From Octopus sinensis (Eukaryota): a stretch of 52,332 nt of DNA. Below, one piece after another: positions 1-14,038 of this stretch. The DNA lies in NCBI RefSeq assembly GCF_006345805.1, contig NW_021833964.1, forward strand, positions 1-52,332. The letters are read 5' to 3'. Every line of letters starts with the position of its first letter. Within the stretch, counting starts at the first letter, position 1. The notes below the pieces were generated by a model. The model had not been told where the DNA came from, ran no database searches, and saw nothing but the letters and a program-made list of their open reading frames with translations. A program made the translations under genes and the position numbers.

Positions 1-189
1 ATACACAGATTTACATTCGCGTCTACCTATATTATCATTTCGGTGTAGATATATAATTACACATACATATATATTTATACACACACACACATACAAACAC
101 ACATACACACAAACACACAAACACATATGCATATATAACGAAGTCTATATGTATATCTATGTTTATTATGTCAGTGTGTAAATGCATTT

Positions 190-242
<53 letters not shown>

Positions 243-404
243 ATTATGTATGTATATGTACGCATATGCGTGCGTATGTGTCCATGTGTGTAGGTATCCA
301 TACTTACATACATACATACATACATACATAGATATATATACGCATACAATATGCATACATACAAAGATATAAATATTTAAAAAGACAGATTAGATTAGAT
401 AGTC

Positions 405-494
<90 letters not shown>

Positions 495-1853
495 GATATA
501 AATAGATAGATAGATAGATAGAGAGAGAGATAGGAAAAGAGAGAGGGTGGGGAGAACAAAAGGAATAGAAAAAACACGAGACAGAAATAAGTAATGGGTT
601 GATATGATCGGCTTAACCCTTGAAGGCGGTGCCCCAGCATGGCCTCAACCCAACGACAGGAACCAGTAATTTATATGTGTGTGTTTTTACGATTGTATGT
701 GCATGTAGCTGTGTGTGAGGATATATTTAAATGCCATGCGCGTGTATATGTATGCATGTGACGTGCATCTGTCAGTGTTGTGTGTGTGTGTGTGTGTGTG
801 TGTTGTGTGTGTGTGTGTGTGTGTGTGTGATGTGTGTGTATGGGATCTGTAGAAAATGTCCACGCGTTCTGATTTCTTTCTAATACAATTAGTGAAACAG
901 CATCAGATGAAATCAAAGTGAAGAAAATGAAGAAAAAACGCGAAATAGGGTAAATGAAATAAATAAATAAATAAACAAATAATTAAATATATAAAACAAC
1001 ACACACATATACGTATGTAAGTATATATATATATAAATCTCTGTGTGTGTGTGTATGTAAAAACGCATACAAGACAAGAATCCAAAATGGAGGAAAAAAA
1101 TTTCAAGAAACACAAATGCAAAAACGCGAGGCAAAATATCTTATAAAGACGAAACAAGACATGATTACAAAATGGAACAAGTGAAAATGTCAAGATTGTA
1201 AGCTCAGTCAGATGTTGTTTTCGACATAAATGTCACTAATTCTTCTCTCCTCCATCATGGAAATGTTACACACGCTTTATCGTTCACACATCATTTGTGC
1301 CTTTTGTTTTTATTACATTTTTATTATATTTTTTAAAGCTCTCCCTCTATCTCTCTCTCTTTTCTTTTTTCATTATTTCGGGCATTTATTTTCATTATTG
1401 TTATATTTTTGTTAGTTTTATATTTTTTATATCTTTCTTATATTTTATGTTTTATCATCATTATTATTATTATTTTCGTTTTTCTGTGCAATTATCATTA
1501 CCTTCTGTTTTTTTTTTTGTTTTCTTTTGGGTTTTTTTCTCTTGAACTTTCCTCTGGAATATTCATCCAGGTTTCATCCCTTTCCCTCCGCCCTACCCAC
1601 CCCATTCTTGATATGTATACGTACACAGACATACATTTTGTATCCTTAATGATAATGATAATAAAGAGGAAGACAATGATGATGTGGTGTTGCTGTTGTT
1701 GTTGTTGATGATGGTGGTGGTAGTAGTTGTCATGGCAACGGTGGCACTGATTGCGTGTGATTGTGTATGTGCCTGTATATGTTTGCGCCTCTATTGGCAT
1801 TCAAAATCTTCTTGGTGGTAAGGATGCACATAAATAAATAAATAAATAAATAT

Positions 1854-1975
<122 letters not shown>

Positions 1976-1980
1976 GGGGA

Positions 1981-2141
1981 AGCGTAGGCCTGACTGCGTG
2001 ATAAGAAGCTTGGTTCCCAACCACACTGTTCAGAGCTCAGTTTCGCTGTGTAGCACATTGGCCAAGAATCTTCTATTTCATGCCCGGGCGACCAAAGCCT
2101 TGTGAATAAATTTAGTAGACGAGAGCTGAAAGAAACTCGTC

Positions 2142-2195
<54 letters not shown>

Positions 2196-2374
2196 CTATG
2201 TGTAAGTGTTTTTGCGTTTGTGTTTGTCCACCATTGCTGGTTAACAAACAGCATTACTTTGTTCATATCCCCATAACTTAACGGTTCGGCAAGAAAGAGA
2301 ACGATATGATCTCGACAAATCTAAAAAAAAAAAAAAATACTGGTGTCGATTTCTTTGACTTAAACCATTCAAGG
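1981..2374 (+). mobile_element. SINE family A (tRNA-like head, internal microsatellite), diverged copy
   Basis: Colinear with 7050-7485: head, CCAAAGCCTTGTGA...AGACG, (TA)n, AACGGTTCGGCAA, GTCGATTT...GACTTAAACC. Confidence 0.75.
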
Positions 2375-2677
2375 TTCTGCCCCATACATATATATATATA
2401 ATTCAATGGCAGTTTCATTCGGTTCCGTGCAACTCCGAGTTCGAATCTCACCGAGGTATACTAAATTGCCTTTCATCCATTCGGGGTTCATAAAAGAAAG
2501 CAACAATGCTGCAGGTGAACTATTTGAGTATCGTATGGGATGTCTCGCTACATATCTACCATCATTTATATATGAGTGTGTGTAACTCTGAATAGTATAT
2601 AGATATACATACATTCATACATACATACATACATACATACATACATACATACATACATAGATACATACATACAGACA

Positions 2678-2711
<34 letters not shown>

Positions 2712-2859
2712 CATACATACATACATGCATACATATATAAATACATACATACATACATACATACATACATACATACATACATACATACATACATAAATAC
2801 ATACAATAGGGATTCAAAAATCAAGGTGTATTCAAACAGCGAAATGTCTTAATGTCCAC

Positions 2860-3000
2860 AAAATGTTCTGATGAATAATCTTATTCATTACGTTACGACA
2901 CAACTCTATGTGTAGCATCTATATGTTTATTCATTCATATTTAGGGCGCTTTTGCGTATATGAAGTAACTTAATGTAGATTACGAAACAGCTGTAAATTT
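2860..3000 (+). ncRNA. Type I hammerhead-ribozyme-like motif with a long stem II insertion (degenerate)
   Basis: CTGATGA (2868-74), stem II TAATCT/AGATTA (2876-81 and 2977-82), CGAAAC (2983-88), palindromic AGCT, GTA cleavage triplet (2993-95). Stem I is weak and the 10.1/11.1 pair is A-C. Confidence 0.5.
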
Positions 3001-3451
3001 ATGGAATAAATGTTTTTATCGCTTACTTCTGAATTTGATTGTGTGCGTGTGTTTGTATACACACACATACATAAGGGCACACAATAAATGAACATACATC
3101 TACATACATATATTATTACAACATGTGTATATATCCGTGTGTCAGTACATACAGAAATCGGATTTATATAAATACCTATACATGTTTAGTAGAACAGAGT
3201 CTACGTATATAGTTGTGTATGCATGTGTGTTTGCATGTGCGTGTGAGGTTATGTGAGGTGTTTGGATATATATATATATATATATTTATGAATACATGCA
3301 TGTATAGATACCTACATACGTACATTAACACATATTCACCTGACAGCTGTCTCTATAGATGTATTGTGCGCAGTTAAAAGAAAATGGAAAAATGTGAAAT
3401 TACTCCCCGTATTGTACGTGCGGAATAAAGATCCCTTATTTTATTGTTACT

Positions 3452-3655
3452 GAGATGGCAGAACCGCCAAAGCATCGGACAAAATGCTTGTCCTCATTTC
3501 GTCGGTTTTTTGTTCTGAGTTCAAATTCCACCGAGATCAACATTACCTGTCATCCCTTCGATCTCGATGAAATTAGTTTCAGTTTGAACACCGAGGTAAA
3601 TATAATCATTTAGCATCCACCTCAAAATCTCAGGCCTTCTGCCTACTTTAGTAAG
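3452..3655 (+). mobile_element. SINE family E, diverged
   Basis: TGGCAGAACC...AAAATGCTT...TTCTGAGTTCAAATTCCACCGAG...CATCCCTTCG...CAGGCCTTCTGCC. Confidence 0.65.
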
Positions 3656-4038
3656 GACTGGTTAGCAGAATTATATGATCAAGAACGTACGTAGATTCTT
3701 TTAGAATTATGTTATCCAGTTTGTTATTTGCAGGTTTTAAACGATAGTGTATGATATTATAAAGGTTTTGGTGCAATTTATAAGAGAGAGAGAAGTGACT
3801 TCAGAGAGACTTCACATGTCTGGTCGTTCGGTAAAATTATTTCTATTAGGCGTGAATTGCAACCCATGAGATGGGATTATACATCTCTCTACTTTAATTT
3901 CTGACAATATGATAGCAAACCTATCCGGAATGATAGGAGCTGAAAGAAGTGTTTGTTGTTATTATACTTCGTTTTGTCTTAAATGTATGACGGTTTTTTT
4001 TTTACATGTATGACGTTTGTCTTAATCTATGACGTTGT

Positions 4039-4181
4039 GGAGGTGCGTGGCTTAGTGGTTAGGGTGTTGGACTCACAATCGTAAGATTGTGGTTTCAATT
4101 CCTGGACAGGGCGATGCGTTGTGTTCTTGGGCAAAACACTTCACTTCACGTCGCTCCAGTTCACTCAGATGTAGAAATAAG
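4039..4181 (+). mobile_element. SINE family B (tRNA head plus CORE-like domain), 3'-truncated
   Basis: GGCTTAGTGGTTAGGG and GGTTTCAATTCC boxes, then GTGTTCTTGGGCAAAACACTTCAC...CAGTTCACTCAGATGTAGAAAT, resembling the CORE/MIR core (CCTTGGGCAAGTCACTT...CAGTTTCCTCATCTGTAAAAT). Confidence 0.8.
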
Positions 4182-4668
4182 TTTAGTCTGGAGGGGAAAG
4201 AGCTCCGATAGGCTTTCTCGCCCTAGATAGGCTGCATGGCAACAGAGCCCCAACGACCTCTAAGGGGTTAAGGAACTTGCCAGTTGTCAATGACGTTGAC
4301 GTGTATCAATAGATAAACCAACTGCATCGCCGTTGAAATATTTACGGTTTTGAATTCAAGCGTCGTTCCACCATTATTACTACAAACACTATCAACTTCT
4401 TCACTACCACCAACACTATAGTTTCTACTGTCTTAGCACCACTCACACCACCACAGCTACTTTTACAACCGTTGGATACATTGCTAAAACCCCCACTACT
4501 ATCGCTACACTCCAAGACTATTGCGGACTACAGACACGTTATTCTAGCCCACCACCTAATATCGCAACCACTGTCATCATTCTCTCCTGTAATCACCTTC
4601 ATACCACCCGTCGCTATCCCTACCATGCTCAATCACTATCTTTAATGCCGTTACAACCATCGACCACG

Positions 4669-4699
<31 letters not shown>

Positions 4700-5155
4700 A
4701 AACTACCTGTATATTTGAGAGGAATTACCGCCAGCGCCATCAGTCCTAACACCATCACTAATATCACCACGACCATTAACACCTCCATCTCCACCACCAC
4801 CACCACCACCACCACCACCACCCTAATTACCACTGTATTCTACAAAAGTAGAGTTATGTAGTTATCCATGTAATTACTAACCGAGCAGATGCGACCAAAT
4901 ACACCAATAGACACACAACACAAATTATACACAGAAACTACATACGTGTGTGTGTGTGTACAGAGATAGAAAGTGAGTGAGAGAGAGAGAGAGAGAGAGG
5001 TAGATACAAACACATATATGCAGACACACATATATATATATATACAATACACATATAGTTCTTTGTATTCATTCCATCGCCAATACGCTCTAATAAGAAA
5101 ACTCTTCCTAAATTATCTCTCCTTTCTCTTCAGTTAGTTCTTATGCTTCGTACTA

Positions 5156-5259
<104 letters not shown>

Positions 5260-5492
5260 GATATATATATATATATGTATGTATGTATGTATGCATGCAT
5301 GCATGTATGTATGTATGTGTATATATGTATATTATATATACATATATATATATATACATATATATATGTATATCTGTAAATATAATGTGAAAATTATGTA
5401 TATATGTATATATATGTATACATATTTGCATGCATATATAATGTATATGATATAATGTAAATCTATGTTTGTATATATATATGTATATATAT

Positions 5493-5533
<41 letters not shown>

Positions 5534-6392
5534 TAGATAGAAAGATAGATAGATATACATATATATATACATACACATATGTGTGTGCGGATGTGTGTGT
5601 GTATGTATGCGGGTGTGCATGATTATGTATGCATGTGTTGGTGTATGTGTGTGTGTACGTGTGTGCATACGTATGTATGCATGTATTGGTCTATGTGTGT
5701 ATGTGAATAAGCACACACACATATACATATGAGTGTGTGTTTGTATATATTACTCATTATTTATTTATACATTTTTAATAAATCTGTTTTTTTGTTTAAA
5801 TCCTACATCTTCTAATATTACAAAACATTATTATCGTCTGCTTACTCTCTACCGTTTTATTTTCAAACTTTTATCCATATTCATATTTTAAATAGTTTCT
5901 GAAAATTTTTTTTGTAGAAAAAAAAAGAAATATATTCAATTTTACTCTACGCTGTTTGTTATATTTTCTGTTAGTTTTAAAATGTTCTGTTTTATTGCTT
6001 CTTTTTCTACAAACAAAAACTGAAGTATTTTAGAAGATTACTTAAACTAAGTACCGTGCAGTTTTTATTCTCAGTCTCCTGTTCAGCTAGTGTGTACGGA
6101 TAAAGTCTGTGTGCGTGTGTGTGTTTTTGAGAAACAGAGAGAGTGAGAGCTAGTGTATGTGTGTGTATGTATACATATATGAATATACATAGATATAAAT
6201 AGATGGATGTGTGGATGGATTGATGGATGGACGGTTGGATGGATGGATGGATGGATAGATAGATGACATACCTTGTAAGAATAATATAGTTTAAATGAGT
6301 ACTCAATATTCTTAGATATATTTAAGTTAGCACAAAGCCGTTTAAGTGAATATGTTTACACACACACATACACACATAAACACGCACACACA

Positions 6393-6432
<40 letters not shown>

Positions 6433-7049
6433 ATAGATACATATATAAATCTGTATATATTTATATGCATACATGCATATATACATATATTGTGTATATA
6501 TATATACATAAGTGCATATAAATGTGTGTGTATATATGTATATATGTATATGTATATATATGTATGTATATAAATGTGTGTGTATATATGTATATATGTA
6601 TATGCATATATATGTATGTATGTATGTATGTATATATGTATATATATGTATATATATATATATATATATGTATATGCGTTTTGGCGTTTTCTAAAATTCT
6701 GCATTCCACAAAGTTTTACAGAAGTTACAGTGCAGGTAATTCTTCAGATACTAATAATCTAAGTGGTAGGGCGGTCACGAGTCTTGAAATAAACTCAGCT
6801 CTATAGTATAATTTCTGTGTATCACAAGATGGAAACGACTGGCAGACAAATGTTACGTGCAGTAGAGACTGCTGAAGAAATGCTAACTCTGGCGCAACGA
6901 ATAAAAGTTGCTTTTCTGCATCTCATTACAAATTCCTGTAATATTTCCATTCATGAAATACGTCTCATCGGCTAATGGCTAAATTGCCGAATACAGAGCT
7001 CTACCGATGACTTATCTATCTAGCAACAAATCTATCTCCTTCCTTTCAG

Positions 7050-7214
7050 ACGCAGGCCTGGCTGTGTGGCAAGAAGAAGCTTGCTTCCTAACCACATGGT
7101 TCCGGGTTCAGTCCCACTGTGAGGCACTTTGGGCAAGTGTCTTCTACTACAGCTTCGGGCCGACCAAAGCCTCGTGAGTGGATTTGGTAGACGGAAACTG
7201 AAAGAAGCTCGCTG

Positions 7215-7248
<34 letters not shown>

Positions 7249-7485
7249 CGGCGTTTATGTATGTGTGAGTGTGTCTTTGCCTCTGTGTTTGTTAACCTCA
7301 TCACCGCTTGACAACCGGTGTTGGCGTGTTTACGTCTCCGCAATTTGGAGGATCGAGAAAAAGAACTGATAGAATAAGTACTAAGCTTTAAAGAAAAATG
7401 TATTGGGGTCGATTTGTTTGACTAAAACCCTTCAAAGGCCGTGCTCCAGCATGGCCGCAGACAAATGACTGAAACTAGTAAAATA
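7050..7485 (+). mobile_element. SINE family A, near full length
   Basis: GGCTGTGTGGCAAGAAGAAGCTTGCTTCC...GGTTCAGTCCCAC (A/B-box-like head), CTTTGGGCAAGTG, internal (TA)n, tail CCAGCATGGCCGCAG...GACTGAAAC; multiple homologs in this window. Confidence 0.85.
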
Positions 7486-7782
7486 ATCCCAATATCCTGC
7501 CTACCCAGCATTACGCCCCAACCTATTCACCTAGTTGTATATCTTTACATCTGCCAAACAATTCCAGTACGAATATTCCTGCCAATTTACCATTATCTTA
7601 AGCGAAACCAATTCTATCTGGCACCAAGACGATTTCACTGCTCGCACCTTCAAAGTTGATACGGATACCAACACTATCACCTCACTCCGACATCAGTGAA
7701 ACTGCTTCGCTGTCATCGTTGGTACAAGTATCTTTCGTTATCAGTTTAATCATAATTATCATCTACAGTATCTGGAGCTAAT

Positions 7783-8633
7783 ATGAACAACAAAACAATT
7801 ACCACCACCTCCAACAACAACAACAACAACGACGACAACACAAACACCACCACCGCCGCCACCATCACAGCTACCACCACCACTATCACAATGATTACCA
7901 TGACCACCACCACAACCACCACCATCACCGTAACCATCACCGATACCATTATCACCACCACCATCAATACCAGCATCACAACTACCACCATCACCATCAC
8001 CACCATCACCACAACCACCACCACCGTCACCACCACCGTCATCACTATCACTACGAGAACATCAGTACCACCACCAGCACCATCACTACAATCACCATTA
8101 CTGCTACTATCACCACCACCACCACCACCATTACCACCAGTAGCACTATCACCGCTACCGCAACCACTACCACCACCATCACCAGCACCATCAACCATCA
8201 CCTTCCTCACCACCACCTTCACCTCCACCACTACCACTACCACGTATGCAATCACACTCATCAGAACCAGCCTCATAATCGCATGTCACTATGGCAACCA
8301 CTACATAGACAACTTGAACCGCCATCGTCAGCAGCATCACTATTAAGCTGTATCGTCCTAAAAACAGCCGCAGATATCCCTCTCAAAAGCAACCATCAAA
8401 GCACAGCGGCCACATTGTCGGAACAGGCTTCACCGACCCCACTGCCACCACCACCACCGTCATCATCACTACCACCACCACCATCATCATCACCATCATC
8501 ATCACCGTCATCATCGTAATCATCATCATCATCATCATCATCACCATCATCATCGTCATCATCATCATCGTCATCGTCATCGTCATCATCATCATCATCA
8601 TCATTATCATCATCATCATCATCAACGTCGTCG

Positions 8634-8670
<37 letters not shown>

Positions 8671-8830
8671 AATCGTCGTCGTCGTCATCAGCGTCATTTT
8701 TGTCCCACATTGAATCCGCCACTATCATTATTACCACCATCACCACCACCACCACCTCCAGTACCACCACCACTGCAACTACCACCACCAACACCGTCGC
8801 TGCCGCCACTACCACCACCACCATGAAAAC
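7783..8830. repeat. (ACC/AAC/CAT)n trinucleotide low-complexity block
   Basis: Continuous poly-trinucleotide composition; yields homopolymeric ORFs on both strands. Confidence 0.9.
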
Positions 8831-8950
8831 CAACAGCAGCACCACCACAATCATCATAATCATCGTCGTCATCATCATAGTGCTTGTGTTTTAAATATAT
8901 GGGCAGTATAAGTATGAGAGTGTATATTTATAAGCTTTGGATGAATGTAC

Positions 8951-8991
<41 letters not shown>

Positions 8992-10977
8992 TGAGTATGT
9001 GTGTTTGTGTGTGTGTGTGTGCGCGCTGTGTACATCATTACCAATTTGGAAACCTTCAGAATCAATTACTTTTTCTTCAATGCTTCAGACTCAACACGAT
9101 TCACCAATTTGGTTTCCAATTAGAATTTTAAATGAATTACACAAACTCTCATAACAAGCAATAACAATGATAATGACAGCTAGCACCACCACTGCCAGGT
9201 GGGGGTGGCGAGAGGTGGGGGGGTAGTTGGTGGGGAGGAGGTGGGGGGTAGTTGGTGGGGAGGAGGTGGGTGGTGGGTGGTTATAATGATGGTTGTAATG
9301 GTGGTGGTGGTGGTGGTGGTGGTGTTGATGGTCGTGGTGGTAACGGTTGTAATGTTCATGATGATGAGGATGAAGATGAAGAGGAGGATGAAGTGGAGGA
9401 AGAGTAAGAAAAACAAAAGGAAGAGGAAGAAAAGAAGAAGGAAGATGGGACATCGGTGGTGGTGGTTGTTGTGGTGGTGGTGGTCGTCGTCGTCGTTGCA
9501 GTTATGCTTATGATGATGGTGTTGATGATGATGAAGAGGAGAAGGAGGAGGAGGAGGAGGAGAAGGTGGAGGTGGAGGAAGACAACGATGACAATGATGA
9601 TGATAGCAGTGAAGATAATGCTGTTCATAGTAATGATAATGATGATGATGATGATGATAAAATTAATGTTGATACGAACATATGATACAATAGCAAATAA
9701 TAGTCTGACTCATTCTTCGTCGGTCTCGGCGATAAGCATCCAGTTGCTTTAGTCACAGAGTCTCTACTTCTGTAATTGGCATGTAGCTGAGTATTCCGCA
9801 GTTATATGTGTCCTTAACATAAATTTCAGGTCCAATGACCACCACATGGGCGGGCACTTTAATTATTGCTACAACCTGAAGAAGACATGGAGAATGCAAT
9901 GGAAGTTGAAGAGAATCAATCATAGTACTCTAGACTGGTAATTTATCGATCCCGATACGATACTTATGCATGAGTGGGTGCGGGTGCGTGGCCTCACTCG
10001 TGGTCGCAAGACCGTGGTTTCGTTCCTGGACCGGGTGGTGCGCTGTGTTCTTGAGTAAGGCTCTTCACTTCATGTTGCTCTACACTCACTCCAACACCTG
10101 GTGTGTGGTACAGCGTAAGCCATTCCAGGCAACGTCGATTTGACTGAGGCAATAAGCTCAAAGACGGAACGTTTGATCACAATACACAAATCATCTGAGC
10201 TGATTGTTCAGCATGAGTTTGGATAACCCACATCTGTCTTTTACGATCGAAGAGTCCACCATGCATGCATAAATATATGTATGCATTTATGCATGCATGT
10301 ATGAATTTATGTATGTATGTATGTATGTATGTATGTATGTATGTATGTATGTATGTATGTATGTATTATATCGCTATACATGTATATATGAATGTATGTA
10401 TGGGTAAATATACATATACTTATATGTGTATATATGCATATATATATATATATATATACATATACATTCACAAACACACGTATATGTGTATGTATGTATG
10501 TATGTATGTATGTACGTATGTATGTCTATCTCTTCCGATTTGTGCTTCACGCCTATCGTCACCTTATTGGCCATTCGGTTGCTTGTTCTCTCTTTCATTT
10601 GTCAACTTTACTAGAAGCCTATCTCTTTCGTTTTCTTCATACTCTGTTATTCTAACTCTATTTCCAGAAATTGCTTTTCTATGAGTCCCTTTCCGGTGGT
10701 CAGTCCATAATATGTCTTTTGCAAGAATTAATAATTTTCATATCACTTATTGATTGGTTAGTTCAATGTTAATCCTGTGTCTGTCGTTTACGTCAACCAT
10801 ATCCTGTTTTGCGAAAATTACCCTTCTGATGATATCAGAAACATTTTTACTGACTCCATACACACATGCACGCACACACACGCACGCACACGCACACACA
10901 CACACCACACACACACACCACACACACACACACACACATACATGCTTATATATGTATGTATATATACGGATCTATTA

Positions 10978-11045
<68 letters not shown>

Positions 11046-11052
11046 GTCTGTC

Positions 11053-11111
<59 letters not shown>

Positions 11112-11488
11112 ATATCTATCTATCTATCAATCAATATATATATATATATATATAACAATATAGCTAGTAGACAAAACAACACAGTGGATGACGCAACCAA
11201 CGGCAGATGCGTGACAACTATTGATTCGACTGAATAATTGGCTTAGAACTTACCATATTCCATATCAAGTTAAAAAATAATAATTAGAAATCCAAAGAAA
11301 CTACTGAAGATCTGCATAAGCAACAAAGATGCCAAAGAAATTGTATGCATCAGTAATTTCGATTATTAGGTGACGTTTTCATCTATTAACTCATTTTTGG
11401 CATTCCGCCTTTCATTGCTTGACCACTCTAACAAAGGCCCTCTATCCAAACGTTAGACTTTTGTTTCACTTCTCGCAGTGACCAAGCT

Positions 11489-11559
<71 letters not shown>

Positions 11560-11587
11560 CACATGCACACACACACACACATATATA

Positions 11588-12424
11588 CGAGGTCTGATCA
11601 ATAAGTATCCGGACTGTTGTCATAGTAACGAAGCTAAAGTCCGCAGAGTTAAACCGATTGGCAAAGATTGACAATGAACTAAGCTTTAACGTTTTAGCTC
11701 ACTTCCGCTCTTTACAGCAAGGCTTGGAAGGAAGGTGTGTAGCGTGTGATCGTCGCATTGACCATGACAGAGAAAGTTGTCATGTCGATACCTGCTCAGT
11801 GGCCTACGCAAAGTTGCAGAAAGTGTATGGAGAGGAGTGTATGAGCCACGCACAAGTCTATGAGTGGTTCAAACGTTTCCAAGTTGGCCGAAAAATGTCG
11901 ATATTGACGAACGTCTGGGAGACTCGCAGAATTGAGAAAACATCGGAGATGAACGTGCAACTGTGAGGGGGAAATCGTTGAATTATCGACCGTGGGTTAT
12001 GAGAGGATGTGTAGATTAGTTACGGTTCAGTTAAGTCCATTATCACCGAAGATTCGAGTATGAGACGCGTGTCTGCCAAGTTTGTGCCAAAACTGCTTTC
12101 AGCTGACCAAAAGGTCACTCGGGTTTCAGTTGCACAAGAGCTCCTTGATTGTGTCGAGAACGATGAAAACTTCTTGAAAACTTTACATAGGCCTCTGAGC
12201 AGATTCTCAGCTTAGCTTTATCAATGACTGTCAATGCGACAATCACACGCTACACACCTTCATTCCAAGCTCTACTGTAAACGGCAGAAGTGGGCTTAGA
12301 ACGTTAAAACACTCAATGCGCTTGACATCAGAGTTCAAGGTCAATCTGCGCCAAGCGGCTTTACCCTGCGTTCTTTAGCTTCGTTACTATAGCAACAATA
12401 CGGATATTTAATGATCGGACGACG
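11588..12424 (+). mobile_element. Internally deleted mariner-family transposon with about 175-195 bp inverted ends
   Basis: TA on both flanks (11586-87, 12425-26). Ends are inverted (CGAGGTCTGATCAATAAGTATCCG vs reverse complement CGTCGTCCGATCATTAAATATCCG). Frameshifted transposase N-terminus: AYAKLQKVYGEECMSHAQVYEWFKRF and MRRVSAKFVPKLLSADQK (WVPK-like motif). No catalytic domain. Confidence 0.9.
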
Positions 12425-12852
12425 TAACGTGCAACAGTGTCTTAACTAGAAACAGAAAACTGGCAGAGTCCTTAAAATGTTGGATAGACTACTTTGCACT
12501 ATTTGGTCCTACTCTGTGCATTCTGAGTTCAAATCGCAACGACGTCCAAGTTAGTTGCAGATTTGTTTTGGGGACAGACAAAAAGAAAAAAGCAAATAAC
12601 AAGCAAAAAAAAAAGCTGAATTGTCAGAGTGTGGAACTTGATAGCTTGTTGCGTACATTCTGAGCTTAATTACCGCCTCTCACCCCGTTGACTAGGAATG
12701 ACTAATTAATCAAACAACAAATCCTTTATTTAGATTGACTTCAAGAATTTAGAGATAACAAAATGCAAATAATATACGTCGAGGATTCCTGAAACATGAA
12801 TCTATTTCACAGCAGGAGATACAACTGAATGTGGTGTCAAGGGAGGCCGTTG

Positions 12853-12905
<53 letters not shown>

Positions 12906-13207
12906 ATATATGCATACATACAAATATTATATATATAAAAATGGTATATATATGTATGTGTATATATATATATATATTATATATACATACACTCTTACAC
13001 ACAAACACACATATATAAATACATATATATATTCATATATATATATATATGTAGTATATATATGTATATACAAATATTTATATATATAAAAATTGTATAT
13101 ACATGTATGTGTATATATATATATATATATATATACATACACTCTTACACACACACACACACATATATATACAAATATTTATATATATAAAAATTATATA
13201 TATATGT

Positions 13208-13280
<73 letters not shown>

Positions 13281-13325
13281 CATACACTCTTACACACACA
13301 CACACACATATTCTTTTACTGCTTC

Positions 13326-13651
13326 TTTTGTCAGTGAACAGGTTGCGGTTCAAAGCGAAGAAAATATTTTGACGCAAATGAAAATTAAATTAAATTGAAG
13401 TGAAACTAAAGGTTTTTGTGTTTTCTTGAATGGCTCACAAATATCTTCCACGCTGCAATCAGGCGCAGCGTGGCTGTGTGGTAAGAAGCTTGCTTCCCAA
13501 TCACATGGTAGTCGAACAAATCGACCCCAGGACTTAATCTTTGTAAGCCTATATTTATTCTATCAATCACTTTTGAAGAACCGCAAATTGCGGGGACGTA
13601 AACACACTAACATCGGTTGCCAAGCGATGGTGAGGGGACAAATGCAGACGC

Positions 13652-13748
<97 letters not shown>

Positions 13749-14038
13749 CTGTTTTCAGTTTCCGTCTACCAAATCTACTCACTAGGCTTTGGTCTGCCCG
13801 AGGCTATAGTAGAAGACATTTGCCCAAGGTGCCATGCAGTGGAACTGAACTCGCAACCATGTGATTGGGAAGGAAGGTGCTTACAAAATAGTCACGCTGC
13901 GCCTGATTGCAGCGTGGGAGATATTTGTAAGTCATTCAAGAATACGCAAATCCTTTAGCTTCACTTCAAATTAATTTAATTTTCACTCGCGTCAAAATAT
14001 TTTCGTCGCTTTGAACCGCAACTCGTTCACTGACAAAA
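13326..14038. repeat. Composite inverted repeat: about 185-bp arms (dispersed unit plus SINE head) enclosing a reverse SINE body
   Basis: 13326-13509 and 13856-14038 are imperfect reverse complements. The outer about 135 bp also occurs alone at about 38404-38533. Confidence 0.85.
13510..13903 (-). mobile_element. SINE family A, reverse copy inside the composite inverted repeat
   Basis: Reverse complement of the 7050-7485 body and head. Confidence 0.85.

Noticed and set aside
860-990. Minus-strand pyrimidine tract plus AG as a protocadherin 3' exon
   Set aside because: The sequence after the AG runs into (CA)n within about 45 nt and gives no recognisable peptide.
7746-8878. Mucin-like or acidic ORFs (poly-Thr/Pro, poly-Asp)
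   Set aside because: Overlapping ORFs in several frames on both strands within a trinucleotide low-complexity block, with no signal peptide or splice support.
12900-13310. Threefold recurrence of ACTCTTACACAC
   Set aside because: Local slippage duplication within a compound microsatellite, with no further structure.
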